A stretch of DNA of 64,000 nucleotides from a virus: IMG/VR virus record IMGVR_UViG_3300008954_000023, positions 30,151-94,150 of that record. One strand, 5' to 3'. The position numbers were made by a program, and so were the translations under genes. Below are positions 19,928-30,081 of this stretch, in pieces; positions within the stretch are counted from its first letter, which is position 1, and every line of letters begins with the position of its first letter. The notes under the pieces were generated by a model. It was not told the origin of the DNA and ran no database searches. It was given only the letters and a program-made list of their open reading frames with translations.

Positions 19928-21259
19928 CTACTCCCGGCGACGCCGACGGCGACGACCCGTCTTCCGGGCCGGCTTCCGGCTTGCGGTCTCCTGCCGCTCT
20001 GCCCGCTCCTGCGGCTCCTCGTCGCTGCGAGGTGCACCGCCACTGCTTCCACCGCGGTAGTTGCGGTAGCGGCCGCCAGAGGGCGACGAGAAGCTGTGGT
20101 TGGTGAAGTCTCGCGGCACGTCGACGTTGAGCTTCCGGGAGTGGAAGGCGTGGTCACGCGGCTTGTGGATGCTGTTGAAGTCCCACTGCGAGGTGATGGC
20201 CTTCCGGATGCCGTTCTCCTCCGTCCACACATAGTTGCCGTCGTCGTCCTCGCACGGAACCATGTTGTCGTCGTCCTCTTCGTCCTCCTCCCAGTCGATG
20301 AGGCTGCTCCCATCGGCGAGCTCGAACTCGGTGACCGGGATGACCTCCTTCACGACGATGTGCGTCCCCGTGCTCTCGCCCTCCTTCTTGACGAAGGCCA
20401 CGACCTCGAAGGCCGAGAGGGCCTCGGGCTCGTCGCAGTCGCTGCAGGCCGACTCGAAGTCGGGGAAGCCGGTGTGTCCGCAGTGGGAGCAGGTCTGCCG
20501 TTCATCGCGGAACTTCGACACCTCCGACGCCTTCATGTCATCGAGGTCTGCGCTGCTGAGCACCTCGCTCTCGCACTCCTCACAGACGAAGCACACAGGC
20601 GTCAGATCACCACCGCAGCGGCAGAACTTCGCAGCCTCGTCGGCGATGCGCGCGAGGTCGTCGCGGTGGTTGGCCCCGACCTCGAGGTACTTCTTCTTGA
20701 AGAGGGCGACCTCCTTCTGCTCCAGCTTGTTGCCGATGCCCTCCCTGATCTCTCGGATCTCGCGAGGCGTCTCCACGACCTGCAGGGAGCGGATCGGATC
20801 ACCCCGACGCGCGGTCTCCGTGTCTCGCTCGTACCGCTTCACACGGCCATCCCGGTCGAGAACCTCCTTCTTCGCGTACAGGGCCAGGTGGAGGATGTTG
20901 AAGCTGAAGTTGTCGTTGAGACCGACACGACGATCCCCGCGGTCCTTCGCGAAGCACGGCAGGCAGTCCACTTCGCCGTAGTCCAGTGCACAGCGATCCG
21001 AGTAGAACGACCCGGCTCCCTTGGGGGCGAGACGCATCTTGTGCATCTTGCAGGTGTGGAAGTAGAACTTGTCCTTGCTGTCGTCCGGGGCCGGGTAGTC
21101 CCCGTCGGTCAGCAGGATCGGGGTGAGCTCGTCCCGGGGGATGTTGAAGCGGTCCTTCCAGTTGCCGCGCCATCCGCCTCCGCCCTTTCCCTTTCGAGAC
21201 CTTCTTCCCCGTAGCGTGGACTGTCGCAGTCCGACCTTGCGGCCTTCTGAGCTACTCAT
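19928..21259 (-). CDS. Putative ssDNA-binding protein with Zn-finger insertions
   Basis: Lies between primase and polA; C...CLPC plus several CxxC pairs; KKEGE.TGT motif; acidic and Gly/Arg-rich tail; very high GC3 (probably highly expressed). Confidence 0.45.
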   Translation of the reverse strand: MSSSEGRKVGLRQSTLRGRRSRKGKGGGGWRGNWKDRFNIPRDELTPILLTDGDYPAPDDSKDKFYFHTCKMHKMRLAPKGAGSFYSDRCALDYGEVDCLPCFAKDRGDRRVGLNDNFSFNILHLALYAKKEVLDRDGRVKRYERDTETARRGDPIRSLQVVETPREIREIREGIGNKLEQKEVALFKKKYLEVGANHRDDLARIADEAAKFCRCGGDLTPVCFVCEECESEVLSSADLDDMKASEVSKFRDERQTCSHCGHTGFPDFESACSDCDEPEALSAFEVVAFVKKEGESTGTHIVVKEVIPVTEFELADGSSLIDWEEDEEDDDNMVPCEDDDGNYVWTEENGIRKAITSQWDFNSIHKPRDHAFHSRKLNVDVPRDFTNHSFSSPSGGRYRNYRGGSSGGAPRSDEEPQERAERQETASRKPARKTGRRRRRRRE

Positions 21260-22331
21260 TCGATCGTCTCCATTGACGTAGAGTGTATGGATTGTTGGTT
21301 GATTCGTAGAGCTCGTCTCCAGTCAGCGCATCTGGCTGGACCCCTACGAAACGATAAGGATACCGGGCTACCAGCACCCTTAAAGCTCTGAGCTTATGGC
21401 CTATTCTAACCGTTCCTTTACGACCGGGCTCGTCGTCGTCCAGACACAAAATGACCGTACAGCCGATTCTTTCGAGAAACGTCTGCTGAGCCACACTCAG
21501 ACTTGTGCCCATGAGCGCACAGGTGTTCTCGAAGCCGTGCTGGACCATCCAGAGACACGCTTTGTATCCTTCCGTCAGGTACAGAACACCGCCCGATCCC
21601 CCGTAAAGCCGGTCATAGATTCGGTCCCATCGCCACAAGTAGTCCTTGTTGCTGAAATGGTACCCGGGGAACCCCATGTCGCGGAGCTCCTTCTCGTAGA
21701 CCCTGTACTTTCCTCCCCTCCCATGATCCGGCTTTCCCGCAAATCCTGCGAGAGTGCCATACAGATCTCGGATGGGGTAGATCACACGGCCACGCGCGAT
21801 GTCGTAGCCGATGTCGTGGTCCCGAAGCACATCCTCATCGAACCCCTCATACAGTAGAGATTCGGGAGCGAACTCGAAGAGGCCCAGGACTTTCTCTGGG
21901 AGTGGGTACGAGGTCTCGAACAGCTTCGCAGAACGACTACCAGGCTTCTTCCTCTCGGTCGGTACGAGATGGGGCTTCAATCTTTGAAGAGTACTCTTCA
22001 CGTACTCTTGAGATCTTCCGAGCTTCTTCAGGAGGGAGCCGAGGCCTCCGCCTCCGCAACCTGCGAAGCAGTTCCACTGCCCTGTGGCAGCATTGAAGGA
22101 GAAGGATGGCTTAGATTTCCCCCGTTCCTCGCCGTGAATGGGACAGAAACCAATCCAGTTTGAGCCGCCGCTCGGTCTTAGACCCTCGATGTAGCGATGG
22201 GCCAGTTCGAGAGCGGCACTATTCCCAGAGCCCGGGAGGGAGCCTCGTCGGGCTTCTTTCCCTCTTTCCCTTCTTGCGGTGGCTCTTTCCTCCGCCTCCT
22301 CCGCTGTTCGTATTCTCCTCTTTCGAGTCAT
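21252..22331 (-). CDS. dnaG: DNA primase (CHC2 Zn finger plus TOPRIM)
   Basis: CPIHGE...PSFSFN....WNCFAGC; TEGY; ALMGTSLS..Q; CLDDDEPG. Confidence 0.92.
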   Translation of the reverse strand: MTRKRRIRTAEEAEERATARRERGKEARRGSLPGSGNSAALELAHRYIEGLRPSGGSNWIGFCPIHGEERGKSKPSFSFNAATGQWNCFAGCGGGGLGSLLKKLGRSQEYVKSTLQRLKPHLVPTERKKPGSRSAKLFETSYPLPEKVLGLFEFAPESLLYEGFDEDVLRDHDIGYDIARGRVIYPIRDLYGTLAGFAGKPDHGRGGKYRVYEKELRDMGFPGYHFSNKDYLWRWDRIYDRLYGGSGGVLYLTEGYKACLWMVQHGFENTCALMGTSLSVAQQTFLERIGCTVILCLDDDEPGRKGTVRIGHKLRALRVLVARYPYRFVGVQPDALTGDELYESTNNPYTLRQWRRSNE

Positions 22332-24888
22332 CGACCTTGTTGTCCTTCAGGAATGCCTCCACGTTTGCGTTCTCCATCCTCAGCGAGAAGTCTGCGCCAG
22401 GCCATGCGTTGACGATCATCGGATTCAACAGCGCATCCCGAACTCCGGGGAAGACCAGGAGTAGTGCTGGCTTACCAGTCACAGGGTCTCTACCCTTGAA
22501 GATGCGGATGACCAGGTCAGCATCCTGTCCGATGGCATCTGCAAAGGCCAGCTCTCCCAGGTCATCACCACGGCCCTTGGCGGCTCCGCGGTTTGCCTGA
22601 GTGGTTCCGATTACTGGAACGGAGAGCTGCTGGCCCATGTTTTTCAGGTCCGCACTGATGTTCGAGATCTGCTTCCAATCCCGGCTCGTCACCCGTGTTC
22701 GGCCATCGCGCATCAGGTAGAACCCGTCCACGAGGATGAGGTCTGGCTCGAACTTCTCTGCCTCTGCCATGATGACGTCGACCGTCGCGCCTTTCCTCCC
22801 CTTGAGATTCTTGTCGCTCAGGAAGCTCATTGCAGCCTGACGCTTGGTGTCCGGGTTGATCTCCTTGTCCCAGTGCTCGAACGAGTCGAGCATGTCGAAG
22901 TAATGCTCCCGATTGATGTCGCTCAGAGTCCCTGTCTTGATCTCGTGGTAGTCAAGACCTGCCAGGATGGAAGCAACTCGACGGGCCATCTGCTTGTCTG
23001 ACATCTCCTTCGAGTAGATGAGTACCCGTCGTCCGTTGAGGTAAGCATCTGCGCATATGGCAAGGGCCAGCCAGGTGTTGTGGACTACGAAGCCTTCAAC
23101 AACGAAGTTTGGATCCTGTCCGTCCTCAATGATCAGATCCCAGCACTCCCTCTTCCCAATAGGGGTGATGTCCTTGATCTGCTCCCACATCAAGTCCTGA
23201 GCTGCGATCTTCCGTAGCGGTTCAGAGTCCCATGCGTTCGCGATCTTCTTCAGCAGACGACGACTGATCTTCCCTGTCCGTCTAAAGAGCTTGCTTCGAT
23301 CCAGATAGGATTGGCCCATCTTTGGCCATTCCTTTGTACCTTTCTCACGAAGGATGAGGGACATCAGCTCTTCGGAGTATGGCACTCCATCTACGTTCCG
23401 TTTGGTGGCTCGTGGCTCTGCCAGCTTCTCCAGCCCTTCTCTCTTCCTGGGACACTTCACATATGGGAGCATCTCACGTGCCAGAGCCTGATGCGGACCC
23501 AGCCCGTAGGCTGAGACAGACCATTGTCCGCTATGGCTATTGGAGGCAAACGAGAGTTGCGCAGCAGTGCCCAGCCTCTTGAGCAGGTGATGGATTCCTC
23601 GAGCCAGCTTCTCACTGGCTGTGTACCATGCCACTTTGTAGGGCTTCTTTGTCCATACGGTCCCGTCGGTATCGAGGAGGCCTGCCAGGAAGGCTGCTAC
23701 GGATGCCGGGCTGGAGGTGAAGATCCACTCAGGGACTTCCTTATCCACGGCCTTCTTGCCGTGGATACCCATACTTCGAAGTGCTCGAAGTGCGTGGTTG
23801 GTCCCAGGAACCTCAGAGATGATCCGGTACTCATGAGCGCGATACGCCGCAACAACTTTGCAGCGATACAGCTCCCGACAGATCCGGTCTACCTCATCGA
23901 CGATCTCTGTATCGACGTTCGTGAACTGAAGCTCATTGCGGGTGTAGTTCCCATCACCAATCAATGCCCCGATGACCCATGCCTCTTCCGGATGGTCAAT
24001 GACCCACTCCCACTCTGGAACTGCTCGGGTCGTAGCGATCCAGTCTCCTACCTCCAGGTTGCAAATCCTCTCGTAGACATCCTCAAAGGATCCTTCAGGA
24101 ACCATGAAGAGATGTTCGGTGCTGGTCTCCACGACATGCCCGGACATCGTAGTGACCCGGACACACTCCTTGTCTCCACTCGGAACCTTTCTTGCCTGTG
24201 CCCAGCGGAGCTTCTCCGTGCTCTTGGTGTAGGACGCCACTTCGTTGTGGTCGGCCAGTTCTTCAATAGGGACGAGATGTCCGGACGGGACCATGATCTT
24301 TTGTCCCGCCACGACGCACTTCATAGATTTCGGACGAGCGTAGATGACGATGAAGTCCTCGGGGTGCATCCCTCCTGTGCCTCTGTTGAGAGGGGCCCAG
24401 GGGAAAGGGAGACCGGTGATCCCCCCGGTCTCCATCATCGTCGTGTAGTCGCCCTTCAGCAGCGGAGCCGCACTGGCCATCAGAAGGTGGTTGCTCTTCC
24501 CGCCTGAGACGTTGAGATCCTTCAGACGAGGAAGCAGTGCCTGCAGCACCAGACTCGGATCGAGGCCATCAAGAAGGAGCTTCTCTGTCTCGTCGAGAGC
24601 ATCCTTCATACCGGCAGTCAGGCGACGGTCTTCCAGCTCTGTAATGAGCGAGTCGACCGAGTCTCGGCTCGTGACCGGCTTGAAGTTGCCGAACCTGCGG
24701 CAGACTTTCCCGAAGTCCGGGACCTCTCCCAGATGCTGCGGATGGTTGAAGTGCTCGTGCATCCACTGGAAGATCTCTCGAGCCTCCCCCGTAAGGAAAA
24801 GGTCCGGGGTCACTCCGCGTTGCCGTATCTGCGTAAAGCTACCAGATCGGATGATGGCAGACAGGAGTGCCAGCTCAGGATTGGCCAT
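22219..24888 (-). CDS. dnaB: DnaB-like replicative helicase with intein
   Basis: TGLPFPW, ARPKSMK|T Walker A, YSKEMS, LILVDG, QANR, ADAIGQDADLV. Confidence 0.93.
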   Translation of the reverse strand: MANPELALLSAIIRSGSFTQIRQRGVTPDLFLTGEAREIFQWMHEHFNHPQHLGEVPDFGKVCRRFGNFKPVTSRDSVDSLITELEDRRLTAGMKDALDETEKLLLDGLDPSLVLQALLPRLKDLNVSGGKSNHLLMASAAPLLKGDYTTMMETGGITGLPFPWAPLNRGTGGMHPEDFIVIYARPKSMKCVVAGQKIMVPSGHLVPIEELADHNEVASYTKSTEKLRWAQARKVPSGDKECVRVTTMSGHVVETSTEHLFMVPEGSFEDVYERICNLEVGDWIATTRAVPEWEWVIDHPEEAWVIGALIGDGNYTRNELQFTNVDTEIVDEVDRICRELYRCKVVAAYRAHEYRIISEVPGTNHALRALRSMGIHGKKAVDKEVPEWIFTSSPASVAAFLAGLLDTDGTVWTKKPYKVAWYTASEKLARGIHHLLKRLGTAAQLSFASNSHSGQWSVSAYGLGPHQALAREMLPYVKCPRKREGLEKLAEPRATKRNVDGVPYSEELMSLILREKGTKEWPKMGQSYLDRSKLFRRTGKISRRLLKKIANAWDSEPLRKIAAQDLMWEQIKDITPIGKRECWDLIIEDGQDPNFVVEGFVVHNTWLALAICADAYLNGRRVLIYSKEMSDKQMARRVASILAGLDYHEIKTGTLSDINREHYFDMLDSFEHWDKEINPDTKRQAAMSFLSDKNLKGRKGATVDVIMAEAEKFEPDLILVDGFYLMRDGRTRVTSRDWKQISNISADLKNMGQQLSVPVIGTTQANRGAAKGRGDDLGELAFADAIGQDADLVIRIFKGRDPVTGKPALLLVFPGVRDALLNPMIVNAWPGADFSLRMENANVEAFLKDNKVDDSKEENTNSGGGGGKSHRKKGKRERSPTRLPPGLWE
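23077..24318 (-). mobile_element. Intein (414 aa, LAGLIDADG) in the DnaB Walker A
   Basis: CVVAG...VVHN|T; IGALIGDG and FLAGLLDTDG. Confidence 0.93.
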
Positions 24889-25199
24889 CAGAGCTCCGGG
24901 TCGTCATCGTCGAGGGTGACCGTCTCATCGTCATCGTCGACGAGAGGTTCCTCTTCGCGTGTGCCTCCCGCACTTAACCCGATCGTAGCCATCAGGTCGC
25001 TCACCAGCTGGTCTGTCCCGCGTTTGAACACTTCCCACACATCGTCCTTGACAGTAACGATGGTCTCCTGTTTCGACGCAATCAGATGCTCTTCGTCACC
25101 GTTCGAGAAGTAGATGTTGGAGGTGAGGATGGCCACCCTTTGTGGGATGACCAACTCCACCTTCAACACGTCGTGCCGGATGCTCACCCAGACACCCAC
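24888..25199 (-). CDS. Hypothetical protein, acidic C-terminus
   Basis: Coupled ORF in the operon. Confidence 0.6.
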   Translation of the reverse strand: MGVWVSIRHDVLKVELVIPQRVAILTSNIYFSNGDEEHLIASKQETIVTVKDDVWEVFKRGTDQLVSDLMATIGLSAGGTREEEPLVDDDDETVTLDDDDPEL

Positions 25200-25522
25200 T
25201 CCTCGAAGAGTGTCCGAGCCTTCTCGAAGACGTCGGGCAAGTTCTCTTCTGCGACGGCGGCGGCTGCTGCCAACGCGTCAGAGACGGCCTCTTCATCCTG
25301 GGCACAGGTCAGAGCGACGGAGACGTGCGCGCCGTAGCCCTTCCCGTAGTTGTTGTCCTTCATGTCCATCGATGCCGTCACACGGGCTTCCGTCCCGTTG
25401 AGCATCAAGGCACGAAGTGGATCGATCGTCGGCATCTTCACCTCCTGGGTGTGTTGGCCGTGGTAGGTCTTGACCTCGCCGTCGTTGACGAGGGTGATTG
25501 TCAGTGTGACCGCTGCTTTCAC
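25184..25522 (-). CDS. Hypothetical protein
   Basis: GTGA-coupled ORF with good codon bias. Confidence 0.65.
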   Translation of the reverse strand: MKAAVTLTITLVNDGEVKTYHGQHTQEVKMPTIDPLRALMLNGTEARVTASMDMKDNNYGKGYGAHVSVALTCAQDEEAVSDALAAAAAVAEENLPDVFEKARTLFEEWVSG

Positions 25523-25932
25523 TTGAATCTCACCGAGGCCGCCCGCTGCTTGGTTCGGACGAACTCCTTGTACACCGCCTCAAGCTCTGCCGGAAGACGG
25601 AGGATCTGATGTGCGGCTGCGGTGTACTGCAGCACTCCCATTCGGATCAGAAGGTCGACGTCGCCCCGGGCCTGGGCCTCTTCCAGCAGACCTTCGAGGT
25701 CGACTTCGGCCTGCAGCTTGGAGGTGCTCACAGTGATCATGATGGGGCCGAGCTCGTGCTTCCCTGGTCCCAGCTTCCGAGCCGCTTCCTTGGCCGCCTT
25801 CTCTGCCTTTGGAAGCTCAACCTCGAGATCTCTGTACGCCTCCCACAGCTCTGGCTCTGCCTCGCCAATGGCGGCTTGAAGCTCCTCCATGTCCTCTCGA
25901 ATGGTCTGAAGGGCTGCGAGCGGGTCAGCCAT
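25519..25932 (-). CDS. Hypothetical protein
   Basis: Coupled ORF with AGGAG-type RBS. Confidence 0.65.
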   Translation of the reverse strand: MADPLAALQTIREDMEELQAAIGEAEPELWEAYRDLEVELPKAEKAAKEAARKLGPGKHELGPIMITVSTSKLQAEVDLEGLLEEAQARGDVDLLIRMGVLQYTAAAHQILRLPAELEAVYKEFVRTKQRAASVRFK

Positions 25933-26692
25933 CGTCGCTCAGGAGCAGGGACTCGCCATGCACCTTGTGGCCCAGCTCCTCCACCAGGGAGAGGGCGTAC
26001 CGTAGGTCTTCCATGATGGCGTAGGTGACCCCTCGCTTCTTCTTGATCTGCGCAGCATCTCCTTTCCGAAGCGCGTAGCTCGGATCGAGTAGAGCCATCA
26101 TCGGGTAGCGAACAGCCACGCCTGTGGGAGGAGAGGGGACAGAGATGTCGAAGATCCTGCCGCGCTTATGGGTAATCGGCACCATCTTGCCGACCAGGGC
26201 ACTCGCTGCCGTCTTTCCTGTGGCGATGATGAGCTTCGGGTCCACCGCATAGATGGCTCGCTGGAGCCGTTCCCTGCACGCCTTCACTTCATTCCTCGAA
26301 GGCGACCTGTTGTCCTCTGGGAAGCACATCACGATATTCGTCCAGTAGATGTACTCGTCGAGCAGGTCTCTGGCGGCATCGAAGTATTCGGCCTCGTTCT
26401 CGATCTCCCTGATCGACTCAACGACCTCTCGGTCGGGCCACACATTGAGAATGAGATCCATGAGGAGCTCTCCGGCGGGCCCTCGGAAGGACTCTCCCAT
26501 CCCATCTCCAATAGATCCCGGAGCCTGACCGATCACCATTAGCGAAGCCGAGGCACTTCCACTGCCGAAGACGATCTGGTTTCGGTTGGCACAGAGCGAA
26601 GGACACTTCTGACAGTCCCGGTACTCGTCTCGCAGGCTCACCAAGGCCGGGAGCCCGACAGACGGAGCGAAATGGGCGAGGGCGGAGCTCAT
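25925..26692 (-). CDS. Uracil-DNA glycosylase family 4-like (Fe-S)
   Basis: CQKC..L...R.QIVFGSG, IGQAPG, FRGPAG, TNIVMCFP..NRSP...VKAC; motif B appears as DPSY. Confidence 0.85.
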   Translation of the reverse strand: MSSALAHFAPSVGLPALVSLRDEYRDCQKCPSLCANRNQIVFGSGSASASLMVIGQAPGSIGDGMGESFRGPAGELLMDLILNVWPDREVVESIREIENEAEYFDAARDLLDEYIYWTNIVMCFPEDNRSPSRNEVKACRERLQRAIYAVDPKLIIATGKTAASALVGKMVPITHKRGRIFDISVPSPPTGVAVRYPMMALLDPSYALRKGDAAQIKKKRGVTYAIMEDLRYALSLVEELGHKVHGESLLLSDDG

Positions 26693-27135
26693 CGAGTTGG
26701 GTCGATGTTGACGAAGTGCCCAGCGGTCCAGCGGTTGGTAGGCTCGTTGCGTACTCGTGTCCCAGGCGGTGGCCGAAGGATGGGTGACTCACGGGCCGGC
26801 TTCTCTGCTCGACGAGGCGGCTTCTCGATGCACGTCTTGTAGAGTCCGCAGATGCTCTCGTTCCGCCTCAGGTCAAGGAAGATGTCCGCGTTGACGGGCA
26901 AATCCGTAGGACCGGCCATCGGCGGGATGGGGATGGGGTGGATGTTCGTCTTGATGGTCCCCTTGTCAGGGACGTGCTGCACGATGAGCTCCAAGGCATC
27001 CACCAGCTCAACGCACGCACCTTCCCGGAAGTTCTTCCGCTGCCGCTTGAAGTCTCCCTTCGCTTTCCCGATGTAGTAGTACGCGCCCACGCGCACACCG
27101 ATCAGGTCTTCCATGTAGTTCTCGTTCTTCTCCAT
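26689..27135 (-). CDS. Hypothetical protein
   Basis: ORF with GAAGGGAG RBS; stop overlaps the UDG start. Confidence 0.6.
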   Translation of the reverse strand: MEKNENYMEDLIGVRVGAYYYIGKAKGDFKRQRKNFREGACVELVDALELIVQHVPDKGTIKTNIHPIPIPPMAGPTDLPVNADIFLDLRRNESICGLYKTCIEKPPRRAEKPARESPILRPPPGTRVRNEPTNRWTAGHFVNIDPTR

Positions 27136-28499
27136 CGGTCTCCCTTCTCCGGCCACTTGTGTTGCCGGCACCATGCGAGAACCGAGTAGGTAAGTCCTCG
27201 GCTCTGGTTGGTATTGCTGTCCATGAACAGGTCGATGACAGGATCCTTCTTCCCTGTCATGGGCCTAAGAATCCTGCCTGCGGCCTGAATCCACTCTGTA
27301 GCTGCGTGGTTGTCCGCCCCTATGGGCGAGGCCATCACCAATGCACTCAGAGCCTTCCGGTTGTATGCCTCCTTCCCCAGATGAACCGTAGTGGCCGTCA
27401 CCTCGGCCAGGTTCAGCTGCCGAAGTCGCTCCTCGGCTCCCTGCTCTCGCTGGATGTGCCCCACACCCACACCATGCTCTCGCAGCATCCTGACTAAGAG
27501 ATCAAGATGCTCACGGATATGACTGAGCAGGTAGACCTTGTGCCCCTCTTTGAGGCGCTTTCGTATCTGTCCGACGATCTGCGTGTTCCGACGCGACATC
27601 TCGCCGAGCCGGCTTCGAAGTCGTGAGACATTGGGTTGACCCAGACAGTCCAGGATCTCAGGATCGTCTGTGAGGTCTATCCCTGTCTCCCACACCCACA
27701 CTTCAGGGATGAGGGCATCTTCGGCAGGATCGTCGTAGACCACAGGGCCGATGTGAGCTGTCACGATGCCCTCGCATCGGTCCCTACGCTTCAAGGTCGC
27801 CGTTAGACCGAGTCGTCGCCCACTGGTGACGTTGCTCCCTACGCAGAACCACTTCGCAGCTTGGTGATGCACCTCATCGAAGATGATGAGCCCAAAGCGA
27901 CGAGCGAAGCCCGGAGGCAGGGCCCCAGCCTGAGCCCTCTTCGCCAAGGTCTGAATGGTGCACAGCACAACCCCGCACTTCCAGTCCATCTTGTCCTTGT
28001 CGATCCAGCCGACCTTCCCTCGATAGTCGAACCACTCTCGAAGCTCGATGGTCCAGTTCTCCAGGTGGGCGGCCTGTGCGGACACCACAAGGGTCGGACC
28101 AGGTGTCTCGCACGAGAGTCTCCAGCCCATGATGGTCTTCCCTCGGCCTGTGTCCAGACGGAGAGTGAGATCCTCATCCCATGCGACCATCGCTGCCCAG
28201 GCCGGGATCTGGTGCTGGAGTAGTGTGAAACCGGCCTTCGGTTTCATGTCTACCGGTGCGAACCGCTGCGGTCGAAGATCTACGAGCTCGACCTTCATCT
28301 GCTCGATAATCTCGGCTCTTACGGAGTTCCTCGGCACTTCCAGGTGGTGTTTGTGCTCTACCAGAAGTACTCGATCTTCTCCTTGGAAGTCAGGGAAGGT
28401 CAGCATCCTCTGGAGAGGAGCCCGCCCGAAAGCTGACTTCGGGAGGTAAAGGTCGTTCCCGATGTAGGCCTTGTCAGATTCCAGGCGGGCCAGCCTCAT
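27102..28499 (-). CDS. Superfamily II DExH helicase
   Basis: DTGRGKT, IIFDEVHH, GLTAT, QAAGRILR; ATG at 28499 overlaps the upstream stop. Confidence 0.88.
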   Translation of the reverse strand: MRLARLESDKAYIGNDLYLPKSAFGRAPLQRMLTFPDFQGEDRVLLVEHKHHLEVPRNSVRAEIIEQMKVELVDLRPQRFAPVDMKPKAGFTLLQHQIPAWAAMVAWDEDLTLRLDTGRGKTIMGWRLSCETPGPTLVVSAQAAHLENWTIELREWFDYRGKVGWIDKDKMDWKCGVVLCTIQTLAKRAQAGALPPGFARRFGLIIFDEVHHQAAKWFCVGSNVTSGRRLGLTATLKRRDRCEGIVTAHIGPVVYDDPAEDALIPEVWVWETGIDLTDDPEILDCLGQPNVSRLRSRLGEMSRRNTQIVGQIRKRLKEGHKVYLLSHIREHLDLLVRMLREHGVGVGHIQREQGAEERLRQLNLAEVTATTVHLGKEAYNRKALSALVMASPIGADNHAATEWIQAAGRILRPMTGKKDPVIDLFMDSNTNQSRGLTYSVLAWCRQHKWPEKGDRWRRTRTTWKT

Positions 28500-28966
28500 T
28501 CCTCTTGTGCCCTCTTCTTTCCTCGCCGGATCGCAGCAGCGAGGGGGTCGGGGTAGGCCACGCGCGGAATGCTGTCGACGGCATACTGCGCCTCCTTCAG
28601 TCCTGCGCCGACGGAGGAGAGTCCTGCGTTGATGGCCAGTGCCCCGAAGAAGGACACATCCTCGCCGTGGTCTACTTCCTCTAAGGCCGTAGACGTCGTG
28701 TGTCTTCTCGCAGGGAGTTGCCGGCCACTTGTTGTCCGGGACGACCCTCGATTCCCTCGATTGGGCCGATTCGTGGTCTTCTGCGTCCGCTGCCGCTCTG
28801 CAGCCTTCCTCCGATCCCGTTGGGCCGTCAGGACCTTGCATCCGCGCCGCACAGGGCATGCGAGGCAGTCCGGATGATCTTCTTCGTACTCATCCCCGAA
28901 GCACGGGGGCTTCTCCTGTCTGGTGGTGGTAGTTCTGTTGCTTCCGAAGCGCTCGTCATAGCTCAA
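28496..28966 (-). CDS. Hypothetical Cys-cluster protein, first gene of the replication operon
   Basis: TTG start after GGAGGG; CFGDEY....DCLAC....C. The 5' part of the listed 523-aa ORF is antisense shadow. Confidence 0.7.
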   Translation of the reverse strand: MSYDERFGSNRTTTTRQEKPPCFGDEYEEDHPDCLACPVRRGCKVLTAQRDRRKAAERQRTQKTTNRPNRGNRGSSRTTSGRQLPARRHTTSTALEEVDHGEDVSFFGALAINAGLSSVGAGLKEAQYAVDSIPRVAYPDPLAAAIRRGKKRAQEE

Positions 28967-28996
28967 CGCTAAAGCCCTCCTTTGGTTGGCAGCGCG

Positions 28997-29002
28997 CTTA
29001 TG
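28997..29002 (-). promoter_or_regulatory. CATAAG motif (putative phage promoter)
   Basis: Same hexamer in intergenic DNA upstream of - strand units at 35411, 35436, 53061, 56842 and 57404. Confidence 0.55.
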
Positions 29003-29044
29003 ACGGAGTTGCGGACGATATGTTAGGTTCAACACGAGGTGCCC

Positions 29045-30076
29045 ATGCCTGTTCTCGACTTCGCTGACGATCACGGCCAGAGCCTGATGACTGCCCTGGG
29101 AGCTCCGCCGGAGTTCCTCAAGACGGCCGCCTGGGTGGAGCCCGCCGAGGCCTTGGACCGCGACTTCGCTCTCATCCTGCGAGATCCCAAGAGCGGAGAG
29201 GAGGTACGCAAGTACGCTTCTCACGATGCCGGGAACACCGCGGTCTCGATGTTCTACCTGACGCAGGCTCAGGGGTTCCTGGGCGCGGCCGCGCTCAAGA
29301 CCGCTGCTGTGAACCTTCGCCACTCGGCCGCCTACCAAGGCGTACCCATCCCTGATGAAGTTTCGAAGCTCGCGTCGCTCGAGCTCATCTCCAACAAGGA
29401 CGTCATCGATGAGCGACGGGTCTACCACCGGCCCCCTCGGCGCTCTGTGACTTCGCCTGTGGCGGCGAAGCTGGCCGGCTTCAACCTTTTGTCTTCGGCG
29501 AAGGAGAAGTGGCCGGATCTCCAGCCGCACGAGAAGCGGGCCATGGCCCTTCGGATCTCGAAGACGGCCGAGTTCATCCCGACCATGCAGGTTCCGCGAC
29601 ACATTCACAGGTACACAGGTACCCAGCTCAGTGAGAAGTTCGCCTCTCACATGAAGCGACGACTCGACTACGTCCGAGGGGAGGAGCTGCGAACGGAGTA
29701 CCAGCGCCTCGCCAAGGTCGCCTCTGCGCTTCATCCCGATGAGGTCGCCCGTCTCGTCTTCCAGCTCGATGCGAATGCGGGGCTGCGGTGGCGGGGTGGT
29801 GATCGCTACGGCGAGAAGCTCGCGGACCCCTACCTGTGCGTCTACGATGCTCCGCCGAAGGAGGCGGAGTGGAGCTGGACTTCGGGCGCGGACTACACGA
29901 ATGCGACCCAGCTGGAGATGCTCGCAGCGAATCCAGAGGCCAGAGAGATCTTCACGTCCACCTTCACCGATGAGCTGTGGCAGAAGTTCAAGGCAGGCCC
30001 GGTGGAGACCTTCACGAGCCAGCCGGAGCACAGCCAGCGCCTGATGGCTCGGATGGCCAACCGGCACGACGGGTAG
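29045..30076 (+). CDS. Putative head-associated protein, K-x-A rich
   Basis: GAGGT RBS; KTAA twice, KLAS, KLAG, KTAE, KFAS, KVAS; upstream of the portal. Confidence 0.65.
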   Translation: MPVLDFADDHGQSLMTALGAPPEFLKTAAWVEPAEALDRDFALILRDPKSGEEVRKYASHDAGNTAVSMFYLTQAQGFLGAAALKTAAVNLRHSAAYQGVPIPDEVSKLASLELISNKDVIDERRVYHRPPRRSVTSPVAAKLAGFNLLSSAKEKWPDLQPHEKRAMALRISKTAEFIPTMQVPRHIHRYTGTQLSEKFASHMKRRLDYVRGEELRTEYQRLAKVASALHPDEVARLVFQLDANAGLRWRGGDRYGEKLADPYLCVYDAPPKEAEWSWTSGADYTNATQLEMLAANPEAREIFTSTFTDELWQKFKAGPVETFTSQPEHSQRLMARMANRHDG

Positions 30077-30081
30077 TCAGT

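Noticed and set aside
28967-30067. 5' portion of the 523-aa - strand ORF
   Set aside because: Shadow of 29045-30076; the real start is TTG at 28966 after an RBS.
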